DNA of 64,000 nt, taken from a virus. The notes beneath the pieces are model-generated. The model made no database searches, had not been told where the DNA came from, and saw nothing but the letters and a program-made list of their open reading frames with translations. Position numbers and translations under genes: made by a program. Positions 1 to 9,397 of this stretch are shown piece after piece. Numbering within the stretch: the stretch's first letter is position 1; the number at the start of each line of letters is the position of its first letter. The stretch covers positions 30,446-94,445 of the IMG/VR virus record IMGVR_UViG_3300045988_127716. One strand, written 5' to 3'.

Positions 1-351
1 TCAGATGATCAGAAGTTAGAGAAAACTCTTAGAAATAGACTAGATGGGGCTAAAAGAAGAGCCATAAAGAAAAATATTCCTTTTGATTTAGATTTGGAAT
101 TTATAAGAAAACTGTGGGATGAACAACGTGGACTGTGTAAAGTATCTAAGCTGCCTATGACATATACTTTAGATAGTGGAAGAACTTTTTCTAATGTAAG
201 CATTGATCAAATAAATCCTTCTTTAGGATATACTAGAGATAATATACAACTTGTATGTATGTCTATAAATCAATTAAAATCAGATTTTGATATGAATACA
301 GTTTTACTAATTTGTTCTAATGTAGTTAAAAATTACGAGAATGTCAAGTGA
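1..351 (+). CDS. HNH-family endonuclease-like protein, C-terminal part (reading frame is open from window start)
   Basis: Frame 1 has no stop from nt 1 to the TGA at 349-351. The ...GLCKVSKLPM...SIDQINPSLGYTRDNIQLVC... region resembles the His-Me finger region of freestanding phage HNH endonucleases. Listed start 94 is an internal Met. Confidence 0.4.
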   Translation, partial: SDDQKLEKTLRNRLDGAKRRAIKKNIPFDLDLEFIRKLWDEQRGLCKVSKLPMTYTLDSGRTFSNVSIDQINPSLGYTRDNIQLVCMSINQLKSDFDMNTVLLICSNVVKNYENVK

Positions 352-1066
352 AAAATATGTAAAAGATATTAGTAAATTTCAAATGGGAGGAACTATGAAT
401 GGTTTATCCCCTTTACCTATTTGGAGTTTATTTAAATCTAGTAAAGAAGTTAGGGAAGAACCTAAAAAAGTATCTAAACAACCTCAATTTGAATCTAATA
501 AATCAATCTATGAGGATAAAATTAAATCTAATCCTAAATTTGATAAGAGAATAAATTGGGATAATATAGATTGGCTACAGCAATTTTTTCATAAAAATCT
601 AGGATATAAAACATCCTTAGGAATATTGCCCTCTGTTATTAAAGAAAGTTTTGGAAATCCTAAAATTAAACAGATAGGTGGAGGGCCTGGATATGGACTA
701 TTACAATGGGAGAAAGGATCTGATAGATATAATAGAATGATGAAGTATCGCACTGATAGTATTATTCCAGGAGTAGATCCAGAGCTTCAAAGGCAAGCAG
801 AATTTATTATTAACACTACACTTGACTCTCAGCATCCAGATGATTGGCATCATGGAGGTAAAGGAAGTGGATTTAATACTGCTGAGGATGCAAGAAAAGC
901 TTTTATTAGTAGAAAAAGTTCTGCTGAAGAAAAAGCTTATGCATTGTCTGCTGGATATGTAAGACCCAAAGGAGGATTAAATGAAGCTAAGAGAAGAAGT
1001 AAAATGACACATTCATTAGATTCTTTATATAATAGTAAGTATTTTAAAATGTTAACAAATAAGTAA
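341..1066 (+). CDS. hypothetical protein, possible peptidoglycan hydrolase/tail-lysozyme-like domain
   Basis: 241-aa ORF. GPGYGLLQWEKGSDRY segment recalls phage tail-lysozyme type domains. It sits directly upstream of a holin-like ORF and a GH108 endolysin. Weak call. Confidence 0.3.
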   Translation: MSSEKYVKDISKFQMGGTMNGLSPLPIWSLFKSSKEVREEPKKVSKQPQFESNKSIYEDKIKSNPKFDKRINWDNIDWLQQFFHKNLGYKTSLGILPSVIKESFGNPKIKQIGGGPGYGLLQWEKGSDRYNRMMKYRTDSIIPGVDPELQRQAEFIINTTLDSQHPDDWHHGGKGSGFNTAEDARKAFISRKSSAEEKAYALSAGYVRPKGGLNEAKRRSKMTHSLDSLYNSKYFKMLTNK

Positions 1067-1068
1067 TT

Positions 1069-1263
1069 ATGTTAGGAGGAATAATATTTGTATTCATAGT
1101 TTGGTTTGTCCCTATGATTTTATGGTTGATATTCCAAAATCCATTTAAAAAGAATTCTTCTTGTGAAAATGGTAAAGCTGAGAATAAGTTAGATAAGAAA
1201 ATGTTTTGGGCCGCTTTATCTATTGGTATAGCAATTTTATTAGGAATAATTATATTAGCATAA
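1069..1263 (+). CDS. small two-TM membrane protein, holin-like
   Basis: 64 aa with two hydrophobic helices (IIFVFIVWFVPMILWLIF and ALSIGIAILLGIIILA) and a charged linker. It lies inside the lysis-like cassette. Confidence 0.4.
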   Translation: MLGGIIFVFIVWFVPMILWLIFQNPFKKNSSCENGKAENKLDKKMFWAALSIGIAILLGIIILA

Positions 1264-1264
1264 A

Positions 1265-1942
1265 ATGTCAGAATTAGGTAAGAATTATATAGATGTAGAA
1301 GTAGGAGACAATGATTATGTCTGTAGAGTAGCCTACGATACTTGGGAAAAAGGTAGAGGGCTAATGAATGAGGAGAATCTAGGAGATAATGAGGGGATGC
1401 TATTTATATATGATGAACCTCAAGAAGAGATCTCCTTTTGGATGAAGGATACTCCTTTAGATTTGGATATTGTATTTATATGTCCATGTAAAAAAGTTAT
1501 TTCAGTTGGGCAAGGAATAGCTAATACTACTGATTTAATAACAGAGAATAATGTTCAGTTTGTATTGGAAGTAAAAGCTGGATCAGGAATAAAAGAAGGA
1601 GATGAGGTAGAATTCGATGGGTTAGAAGATTTTATTGAAAATAGAATTGAATCATTACCACAAGAAAATGTTGAAAAAGTTCTTGACTCTGAAAGAGAAA
1701 AACTCTCTGCTCTTCTTAAAGTATTAGATCCTGATGGAGAAGTTCAACTGGTTATAAAAGGAGATGTTAGGATATTCTCTAGAAAAAATACTAAAGTCCT
1801 AATCAGACAAGCTAAGAAAGCTGATAAATTAAAAACTGATTCAGCCTATAAAAGATTAGGAAAATCAATATTTAAATATATGAGAATACAAGATGAGAAT
1901 GGGGAAGAATATGTAAAACCTAATAAGAAGAGTAATGAGTAA
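1265..1942 (+). CDS. hypothetical acidic protein
   Basis: 225-aa ORF, tightly packed (1-nt gap from upstream ORF). No motif recognised. Confidence 0.4.
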   Translation: MSELGKNYIDVEVGDNDYVCRVAYDTWEKGRGLMNEENLGDNEGMLFIYDEPQEEISFWMKDTPLDLDIVFICPCKKVISVGQGIANTTDLITENNVQFVLEVKAGSGIKEGDEVEFDGLEDFIENRIESLPQENVEKVLDSEREKLSALLKVLDPDGEVQLVIKGDVRIFSRKNTKVLIRQAKKADKLKTDSAYKRLGKSIFKYMRIQDENGEEYVKPNKKSNE

Positions 1943-2507
1943 AAAGATAAATCTAATCAATTTAATTCTTGAAGGAGAAGGAGGATATGTAAATGATTCA
2001 GATGATTCTGGAGGAAGAACTTATAAAGGAATCTCTGAAAAGAATTTCCCTAATTGGGAAGGTTGGAATATAATTAATAAGCATGAACCACTGAAAAGAG
2101 GACAAGTGATTAGGGATGAGGATTTAGAGGAAGAAATATATGAATTTTATTTAGTTCATTTCTATTCCAAACTAAAAATAGATCAGATTAATAATTTATA
2201 TATCTCAGCTCATTTATTGGATCATGGAGTTAATGCTGGAATCTCTAATGGTGTTAAATGTTTACAAAGAGCAGTTAATAAAACTTGTCCAGCTAATTTA
2301 TCTATAGATGGTAAAATTGGCCCTAAGACAATCAATGAGGCAAATACTTGTAGTCCCAGAATACTTTTAGATAATTTTATTAAAGAAAGACAAGAATATT
2401 ATAAATCTATTGTAACTAAGAATCCTAAACAAGAGAAATTTTTGAAGGGATGGTTAAATAGAATAGATAATGTAAATAAATATATTAACAATTTAAAAGA
2501 GAAATAA
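1935..2507 (+). CDS. endolysin, glycoside hydrolase family 108 N-terminal domain plus peptidoglycan-binding (PG_binding_3-like) C-terminal domain
   Basis: N-terminus EGEGGYVNDSDDSGGRTYKGISEKNF matches the GH108 signature (EGGYvnDp.D.GG.T..GIt). C-terminal ...DGKIGPKTINEA... resembles the PG-binding domain that accompanies GH108. Confidence 0.75.
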   Translation: MSKKINLINLILEGEGGYVNDSDDSGGRTYKGISEKNFPNWEGWNIINKHEPLKRGQVIRDEDLEEEIYEFYLVHFYSKLKIDQINNLYISAHLLDHGVNAGISNGVKCLQRAVNKTCPANLSIDGKIGPKTINEANTCSPRILLDNFIKERQEYYKSIVTKNPKQEKFLKGWLNRIDNVNKYINNLKEK

Positions 2508-2598
2508 TTATGGCTTGTAAAGGTAGTAAAAAATCTGGATCTTCTAAAGGAAAATCTGGAAAAGGAAGTAAATAATTAATTAATAATTTAAATTAGGT

Positions 2599-3088
2599 AT
2601 GGCAATATATGTAGGAAACACATTAGTTGCTGATGTAGGAGGGGGGGGTAAGCCTCTCTACCTCTACTGCAACTAGATATTTAGTTGGATCGGCTTCTAC
2701 TACAGGAGATACTGAAAATTTGTATACTAATTCTAATTGTTATATGAGTAATAATAATTTATATAGTAATGGTAATAAAGTAGTGACAGAAACTGACTAT
2801 CTTAAATTAGTAGGGGATCATAGGGCAACTGTTAATGGATATATAACATTGGGGAGAATAAAAATTAATTGGGGAACATTATCTATAGGCCCAAATACTA
2901 GAGGAAGCACAAATTTTGCTAGTTCTTTTGGTGGAAATCCTTATACGGCAGTTTGTACATGGGATTATGATGCTTTAGGAGGACAAGAAAATTATGCAAT
3001 TTATCAGTTATCTTCCTCAACAATTTATATTGTTAATGGTGAAGGAACCACCAGATTATTTAGATATATAGCTATAGGTCCAGCATAA
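2599..3088 (+). pseudogene. tail-fibre-like gene split by frameshift at a G8 homopolymer (candidate phase-variable or slippage-expressed gene)
   Basis: ATG 2599 frame (MAIYVGNTLVADVGGGGKPLYLYCN*) stops at 2674-2676. The +1 frame is open from 2639 through the listed ORF 2720-3088 (TTG start only). The two frames overlap exactly at the G8 run 2641-2648; a -1G variant would fuse them. N-terminus MAIYVG resembles MAVYVG of ORF 3729-4598. Confidence 0.5.
2641..2648. repeat. G8 homopolymer tract
   Basis: ggggggggta at 2641-2650. Only long G run seen in this AT-rich window. It sits at the frame junction of the split gene. Confidence 0.9.
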
Positions 3089-3089
3089 T

Positions 3090-3497
3090 ATGAAAATTAA
3101 ATACTCTTCATTGATTCTATTTAAAGGATTTTATGCAATAAATCTTTATGGAACTATGTATATTAGGAAAGAATTTAAAGATAGTCCTTTGAGATTAGAT
3201 GAGTATGATATAAATCATGAAGAAATTCATTCAGCTCAAGCAAGGGACTTCTGTAAGATAAACTGGATAGGATATACTATATTCTATATATTTTATTTCT
3301 TATTCTGGTTAGTAGAATTAGTAAGACCTCCATATGATGAGGCATATCATGATATATGTTTTGAAAAGGAAGCATATATTCATGAGAATAATTTAGATTA
3401 TTTAAAACAAAGAACTAGGTGGTGTTGGTTAAAAGAGAAGTATTGGAGAAATTATGAAGAACCTAGGAAAAATAAGACTAAAAAGTATAATCAATAA
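3090..3497 (+). CDS. hypothetical protein with central hydrophobic segment
   Basis: 135-aa ORF with YTIFYIFYFLFWLVELV hydrophobic stretch. No motif recognised. Confidence 0.4.
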   Translation: MKIKYSSLILFKGFYAINLYGTMYIRKEFKDSPLRLDEYDINHEEIHSAQARDFCKINWIGYTIFYIFYFLFWLVELVRPPYDEAYHDICFEKEAYIHENNLDYLKQRTRWCWLKEKYWRNYEEPRKNKTKKYNQ

Positions 3498-3508
3498 ATT
3501 TAAATGAT

Positions 3509-3727
3509 ATGAATAAAATTAGAGAAATAATTAATAAAATTTTATCTACTAAAGTAGGAAAGTTCTTATTCGAATTTACTAACATGGTTGCATTGATATT
3601 CTTAACTATTTATATGTTTGCACATGTTGAAATTGTTTTTGGAATAATTGCATTATTCTGTGCATTTTCTAATGCTTTAGTATTAGTTGATAAATACTTC
3701 ATTAAGAATAAAAATAAAATAGAATAA
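3509..3727 (+). CDS. small membrane protein
   Basis: 72 aa with two hydrophobic helices. Confidence 0.35.
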   Translation: MNKIREIINKILSTKVGKFLFEFTNMVALIFLTIYMFAHVEIVFGIIALFCAFSNALVLVDKYFIKNKNKIE

Positions 3728-3728
3728 A

Positions 3729-4598
3729 ATGGCGGTATATGTAGGAGCTGATGAATTATCTAAAATATATGTTGGAAATTCTAATGGAAATAGTATTTAT
3801 TTAGGAGATAAAAAGGTTTGGCCTAATTATCCTGATTTAGATCCTATAGTAGCACAGATAACAAAAGATTTAAAAATAGTGCCTATCCATTATTGCAAAT
3901 TTGATGGAAATATAACACAAACTCCTTTACTTATTGATGGAGTTCAAATGAGTCCTATTAACTTTATCAGTACTCCAAACAGTCCTACATATGAAAAAGG
4001 TGTTGGAGGGAGGAAAGCACTGAAATGTAGTTATGTTGATATTTCTTTAGCTCAATTAGCTAAAGCACAACATAGTGTATTCATATCAATGCTAATAAAA
4101 CAAACTACTTCAAATAGTACTTATTCAGGAGTTTTAGGAGGAACTATATTTGGATTAAATACTAAAGGATATGGATATGCTTTAGGATGGGGTCCTAGTA
4201 TACAAAATAATAAAATCTGTGCTGAAAGTTATGCTGGTGGTGCAGCAGCAGCTTCTTATAATACTGTTATGACTGCCAATAAATGGTATCATGTTATGAT
4301 GGAATTTAGAAGTCCAATAACTGCAACAGGAGATGGAACACCAACATCTTTTCTTTCTATAAATGGTTCTGAATTTACTAAAGGTGTTGGAGCAGGTAGT
4401 ATAGGTAGTCCATTAGATTATAGTGATTTATCTAGTGAGCAAGGTGATAGTTACATTCATTTGGGTTGTGTATGGCAGAGTGAAAAAAAATACTTTAAAG
4501 GACTTATTCAAGATTTTGTATTATGGATAGATAACAAACTTACAGATGCTCATGTAGAATTATTAAAAAATTATTATAGAGAACTTGGAGTATATTAA
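3729..4598 (+). CDS. LamG/concanavalin-A-like jelly-roll domain protein, putative tail fibre/receptor-binding protein
   Basis: 289 aa. C-terminal half (…WYHVMMEFRS…SFLSINGSEF…YIHLGCVWQSEKKYFKGLIQDFVLWIDNKLTD…) resembles Laminin_G_3/LamG-like domains common in phage fibres. N-terminus is paralogous to the split gene at 2599. Confidence 0.45.
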   Translation: MAVYVGADELSKIYVGNSNGNSIYLGDKKVWPNYPDLDPIVAQITKDLKIVPIHYCKFDGNITQTPLLIDGVQMSPINFISTPNSPTYEKGVGGRKALKCSYVDISLAQLAKAQHSVFISMLIKQTTSNSTYSGVLGGTIFGLNTKGYGYALGWGPSIQNNKICAESYAGGAAAASYNTVMTANKWYHVMMEFRSPITATGDGTPTSFLSINGSEFTKGVGAGSIGSPLDYSDLSSEQGDSYIHLGCVWQSEKKYFKGLIQDFVLWIDNKLTDAHVELLKNYYRELGVY

Positions 4599-4599
4599 A

Positions 4600-4640
4600 A
4601 TAAAAAAGGACTAATCAATTAAGATTAGTCCTTTTTTGTT
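4600..4640. terminator. bidirectional rho-independent terminator between convergent genes
   Basis: aggactaatc-aattaa-gattagtcct 10-bp perfect stem flanked by A-run upstream and T-run downstream. Confidence 0.7.
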
Positions 4641-4854
4641 ATACTTTTATTTCATTTATTAGATTAGTAGAACAATAAACTTTTCCATTTTTCCACCAAT
4701 CATTCCAATTGCCCGAGCCAGTATTCCAAGGAGTGCTAGTTATAGTGTAGGGTCGACTATTTTTTATATTTATTTGAATATCTATATCTAAATCTTTTAT
4801 ATTACTTAGCTTTTCTAAAGCTTCAGCAATTTCTTTCAATTCACTTATTCCCAT
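4639..4854 (-). CDS. hypothetical protein
   Basis: 71-aa ORF on minus strand, adjacent (2-nt gap) to the coiled-coil gene. Confidence 0.35.
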   Translation of the reverse strand: MGISELKEIAEALEKLSNIKDLDIDIQINIKNSRPYTITSTPWNTGSGNWNDWWKNGKVYCSTNLINEIKV

Positions 4855-4856
4855 AT

Positions 4857-5834
4857 TTAATCATTTAATAATTCAAAAGCATTTACAGTATCAACAGTTT
4901 TAATTCCCATAGATTCTAATAATTCTAAAAATCCAGTGATAACTGGGTTGTCATTATATAAATCTTTAGCCTCTTCTATTGTTAATTTATTTCTTGATAA
5001 TTCCTTTTCAGATTTACCAATCTTAGCATATTCTGGAATCTTATCTAATTTCTCCTCAGGATCATTAGTTGATGCTGAAGCATAAGTATCTTCTATTTTA
5101 TTTTCTTCTTCTTTCTTTCCAAAATATTCTTCAAGTTCCCATTTTGCATAATCTTCACAGAATTTTCTATAGTTTTCATCAAGTCTATCAAGCTCAATTC
5201 TTTCATGTTGCTCAGCTAACTTTTTCCATTGGTTATAATTATGTATTGCAAGAACCTTAGCTTGATTTAATTGATCTTTTAATCTAGCTATCTCTTCCTC
5301 TGCATTTTTCTTATATGTATCATTTTCAATATAATCACTTTGCCATTTTACAGTTTCTTCAAGTTGAGATATTTGTTCTTTTGATTCACATAATTTTTCT
5401 CCCAAGTTAGCCACTCTTTCCCTTTCTATACCAAGAGCTTCCTTTAAATCATCTATAGTATCATCATAGGCTACTTCATTATTTTTATATTCTTCAATCT
5501 CACGATGTAATTTTATATTTTCATCATGTAATTCTTCAATAGTTTGGTATAATCCCTCTTCTTTATTTCTTAATACATAATTCTCAGAATTAACAGCTTC
5601 TAGAATTTCCTTATTTTCTGATAATTCTTCTTTTAAAGAAGTTCTTTCAGCTATATAACCACTTACCATCTTTTTTAACTTAGAAATTTCTTGATTCTTA
5701 GCCTCAATCAAATCATCCATATTCTTGATAATCTTTAATAAAGATCCTTCCAATTCACAAAGTTTTCCAACTTCACCATTCATAAAAGAGTCAATCTTTT
5801 CGTAAAATTCTTCACTAATTTTTCCCATAATCAT
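4857..5834 (-). CDS. coiled-coil protein
   Basis: 325 aa, E/K/L-rich heptad-like sequence throughout. No catalytic motif. Confidence 0.5.
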   Translation of the reverse strand: MIMGKISEEFYEKIDSFMNGEVGKLCELEGSLLKIIKNMDDLIEAKNQEISKLKKMVSGYIAERTSLKEELSENKEILEAVNSENYVLRNKEEGLYQTIEELHDENIKLHREIEEYKNNEVAYDDTIDDLKEALGIERERVANLGEKLCESKEQISQLEETVKWQSDYIENDTYKKNAEEEIARLKDQLNQAKVLAIHNYNQWKKLAEQHERIELDRLDENYRKFCEDYAKWELEEYFGKKEEENKIEDTYASASTNDPEEKLDKIPEYAKIGKSEKELSRNKLTIEEAKDLYNDNPVITGFLELLESMGIKTVDTVNAFELLND

Positions 5835-5964
5835 ATTTAATATTAAATTAATTTATAAAAACAAAGATACTATTTAGAATCTACTTTTCCAAGTAATCCG
5901 ATTCTAAATAGTATCTAAATAAGGTTATCATACTCAACATTTAAATCTTTATGGATTCATCTAA

Positions 5965-6240
5965 TTATCTTAGTTTCTCTCTAAATTCTGGAAGTAGTTC
6001 TTTAAGCTCTTCCTTAACTATTCTTTGTCTATCTAAATAACTTTTATTTGGATACTTGATTGCACCTAATTCATTAACTATTTGTGTAGCTTCTGGAGAT
6101 GTTAAATCTGGATCTTCAGACAATATCTTTTGCATTGATTGCATATTATTTTGTATATAATTTAACATCTTTAAAGCATTTTGTATTACTCTAGGATCAA
6201 ATTGAGAAAAATCAAAATTCCCAAAATTAAAATTAGCCAT
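5965..6240 (-). CDS. hypothetical protein
   Basis: 91-aa ORF. Confidence 0.35.
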   Translation of the reverse strand: MANFNFGNFDFSQFDPRVIQNALKMLNYIQNNMQSMQKILSEDPDLTSPEATQIVNELGAIKYPNKSYLDRQRIVKEELKELLPEFREKLR

Positions 6241-6515
6241 ACCTGATTCAATTTAATATTAATATCATTTGTTATTTATTAATACAAAGATAGTAAATAT
6301 TTAATAAAGTATAGCTTAGATTATGAATTTATATTATCATGTGCTATTTAAAATTATACCTTTATTATATAACGTGCACACGTATAATTTAAAATAATAT
6401 TTCCAAATTAATTTTGGGAATTTTTATTTATCTAATAGGAGAATTTATTAGAGTAATATTATTGCTGATAATAGTGCAACTATTGCAATAAATAACTTTA
6501 ATGCCTTACTAGTCT

Positions 6516-6743
6516 TCATATTGAGTTTAATTTATATTTAAGTTCTCTTAGATTATTTTCTAATTGAACAACCTTATTTATTTCAAATGATTTTATTGTC
6601 ATGATCTTAGCTTCTAAATCTCCTACACTTAATTTAAGATCTATTATAGCCTTTATTAATAACTCCCACTTATCCTCAGGATTCATTAATTTATTCTTAC
6701 AATCCTCTAATTGATTTATTGTCACTGAATTTATCATACTCAT
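6516..6743 (-). CDS. hypothetical protein
   Basis: 75-aa ORF overlapping the 3' end of 6697-7014. Confidence 0.3.
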   Translation of the reverse strand: MSMINSVTINQLEDCKNKLMNPEDKWELLIKAIIDLKLSVGDLEAKIMTIKSFEINKVVQLENNLRELKYKLNSI

Positions 6744-7014
6744 TAATCATATTTAATGCCATATTGGCAGCATTGTGTAATAAATTATTATTTACTTCAA
6801 CATCTATTATATTAGAATAACTTTCTAATATACTTATTATCTTATTCATACATTCCTGTTTAGCAAATGTTTTATAGAACACAGATTCAAGTATTGCTTT
6901 TTGCATTTCTGAATCTGGAGCGTCATTAGAATCTAAAGGAAATCTTACTTCTGAATCTCCAAATTCTGAATCAGTAAATATTGTATAACCATTTTCTACA
7001 TCAACTCTTAGCAT
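6697..7014 (-). CDS. hypothetical protein
   Basis: 105-aa ORF. Confidence 0.35.
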   Translation of the reverse strand: MLRVDVENGYTIFTDSEFGDSEVRFPLDSNDAPDSEMQKAILESVFYKTFAKQECMNKIISILESYSNIIDVEVNNNLLHNAANMALNMINEYDKFSDNKSIRGL

Positions 7015-7170
7015 CTTCCCAGCTTTTGTCTAATAATTTCCAAAAATCATAATCATTGACTCCCATTTCCTCTAAGTCTTTGTAAAAACTTTTAGAGTTA
7101 TCTAATAATTTTTCTTCAAATTCTCTAAGAGCTTTTATTAGTTCTTCTTTCACAAATACTTCATTTTCCA

Positions 7171-7917
7171 TTACTCTGTTTCACATTTAATTACATCCTC
7201 ATAATTTACATGAATATAAGATTCCTTATCACGATCTCTATTTATAATATTTATTTGATCTATTAGACTCTTAATTATCCTATCCTTCTCTTGGTCTTTT
7301 CTTTTCAATTCCATAATATCTTCTGTATTTTCTTGCACTTGTGCAGCCAAAAATAAAACTGCTTGTCCTACCTTATTCAAATCAAATACAAAAGATTTAT
7401 TCATTTTAGATATAATACTTTTCTCCTCTAAACCTGTAATAATTTTTTTAGTTACATGAGGAGAACATCCCATTATCTTTGAAATCTTATTAGTAGTTAA
7501 ATTCACATTTCCCATTCCGGTATTAGGATCTTTCTCCATTTTATTCTGAATACATAAAAATAATGCCTTCTCAGACCCAGTATACTCTTTACTCCTAATA
7601 AACTCCATAGTAAACTCTTCCTTATCTCTTAAACTCTTTGGAGGTCTTTTTAAAGTATATAAATTAGATTTCCCCTTCTTTCCGATTTCTAAATTCCCGT
7701 TTTCTTGTAACTTCTTTAATCTATTAGAAATAGTATTCTTTGCCATATTGGCCTCCTTAGATAAAGTATCTAAAGAAACAAAAGTTTGGAATGTTTCTTT
7801 ATCTGCATAACTTAATAATATCCCATATAACAATACATCTTTATAATCTAAATTCTCATCATTTGGAATATCATTATCCAATTGAATTCTTTGTGGCTTT
7901 TTCTTTCCATTAATCAT
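7171..7917 (-). CDS. two-winged-helix DNA-binding protein, candidate replication initiator or transcriptional regulator
   Basis: 248 aa. Two HTH/winged-helix-like segments (…LSKEANMAKNTISNRLKKLQENG… and …NKISKIMGCSPHVTKKIITGLEEKSII…). Divergently oriented from the repeat-rich 7918-8710 region. Confidence 0.4.
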   Translation of the reverse strand: MINGKKKPQRIQLDNDIPNDENLDYKDVLLYGILLSYADKETFQTFVSLDTLSKEANMAKNTISNRLKKLQENGNLEIGKKGKSNLYTLKRPPKSLRDKEEFTMEFIRSKEYTGSEKALFLCIQNKMEKDPNTGMGNVNLTTNKISKIMGCSPHVTKKIITGLEEKSIISKMNKSFVFDLNKVGQAVLFLAAQVQENTEDIMELKRKDQEKDRIIKSLIDQINIINRDRDKESYIHVNYEDVIKCETE

Positions 7918-8129
7918 TCTGCTTCATGAAATATTTTCATTTTATTTAATCATTTATCAACATTACAAAGATAATAATTATATTTTTGAAAACCGATTGA
8001 ATATAGAAAATTATAAAATTTTGAACTAATGAGCTCTTCTTAAATACTATATTTAAAAATGATTATATCTCAATATAATACACTTATTAAAATAATCATT
8101 TTATTTAAATATCCAATATAAAACCGATT

Positions 8130-8169
8130 GTTTGCACTGGTTGAGATTGAAGTTTGCACTGGTTGAGAT
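8130..8169. repeat. tandem 18-bp direct repeats gtttgcactggttgagat x2 (iteron/operator-like)
   Basis: Copies at 8130-8147 and 8152-8169, 22 bp centre to centre. aaaccgattg also occurs twice (7987-7996, 8121-8130) in the same ~800-nt non-coding region. Confidence 0.6.
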
Positions 8170-8710
8170 ATAGAAAATTATTCTTCCAGTTTAATTTAAC
8201 ATTTTTTAACTATTAAAAGTATATATTTAATAAACTTATAACTTCATTAACTTAAAATTTTGGATCATAAAAGTTTGCATATATTGACACCTATCTATAC
8301 TAGCAACTTGGAATCCAGCTACCGACCCTACCCTAGCCAGGGTTTACAACTCTTCTTCGAAGAGTTTGAAGATTTAAATTTATTTTTATTTTGTTTAAAT
8401 TGAATACTTTTTATATTTGTACTTTAAATAATTGTTTCCATTTTAAAAATTTTTCTCATATTTTAGATGATAAAAATTCTATCTCCCTAGGTGATTATTT
8501 AGATCCCCTGTGGGTATATTAGGGTTAATGATTTAAGTAATTTAGATAATTTTAATAGGAAGAATTTGAATAATGTAAGTTGAAATATAAAAAATCTAGA
8601 ACTAGTCGAGTGACAGATGTATTCCCCCAAAACACCCCCTAACCACCTTGAGGAAAAAGTGAAATTCCTTACCAAAATAAAAAATAATAAATCATTTAAA
8701 TTTTACAATT

Positions 8711-9106
8711 ATGGCAATAAATAGAAGCCTATCAAAAGAAGATTTGGAAAAAATCGCATTTGTAGCATCAGAATTTGGTTCTAGTGCTCAAGTAAATGAC
8801 ACCATCAAAGTTCCTGAAGATCCACACTTTGATGAGGTAAAACAAGAAATTGGTGGACAAGACAGAACTTGGTACGTTGTTAAAGACATTCTTTACAATG
8901 GAAAGAGCAAAGAGTCTCAATCAGTCAATTTCGCAAGAAGAGGTAAAAAGTCAGAAAGATCTCAGGCTACCAACGACAAGTTGGCCAACACTCATACTTT
9001 ACTTGATCTATACAAGCTGATTGCCGGAACCACTTGGAAATGTGTCTATGTTGAAACAAATCCATTTGGAACCACCAATGCAACTTGGGATTTGGTAACT
9101 GAGTAA
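8711..9106 (+). CDS. hypothetical protein with atypical (C-ending) codon usage
   Basis: 131-aa ORF. Codons such as gac, acc, atc, aag, ggt dominate, unlike the gat/act/att/aaa bias of neighbouring genes. It is followed by a small 30-aa ORF and a strong terminator. Confidence 0.5.
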   Translation: MAINRSLSKEDLEKIAFVASEFGSSAQVNDTIKVPEDPHFDEVKQEIGGQDRTWYVVKDILYNGKSKESQSVNFARRGKKSERSQATNDKLANTHTLLDLYKLIAGTTWKCVYVETNPFGTTNATWDLVTE

Positions 9107-9217
9107 TAACAATAAAAATTTACAATCATGAATAACATTATCGAAGATTACTGGTCTGATGACTACGGTTACGTAGAAGTTCTTTACCTAAATGGTGAAA
9201 TATATCAGATACAAAGA

Positions 9218-9246
9218 TAAAGGGTTAAAACCCTTTATCTTTTTTA
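9218..9246 (+). terminator. rho-independent terminator
   Basis: taaaggg-ttaaaa-cccttta then tcttttt. Confidence 0.65.
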
Positions 9247-9397
9247 AGTATTTTTTAATCTTCATCATGTTATTCAATTGTGAATTTTAATGCAGCCAAA
9301 GACTGTCTCAAGCCAGTAGAATGCAGAGAGTTATTCATGATTGGGCACTCCTGAGTATGAGTATAAACTACTCTATTAATTTTAAATATAACACACT

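Noticed and set aside
2510-2575. 21-codon ORF MACKGSKKSGSSKGKSGKGSK after the endolysin
   Set aside because: Too short and low-complexity to call as a gene without expression data. It is mentioned only in the findings text.
8130-8169. CRISPR array
   Set aside because: Only two copies of the 18-bp repeat with a 4-bp spacer. No array-like spacer-repeat periodicity and no cas genes. More consistent with iterons or operators.
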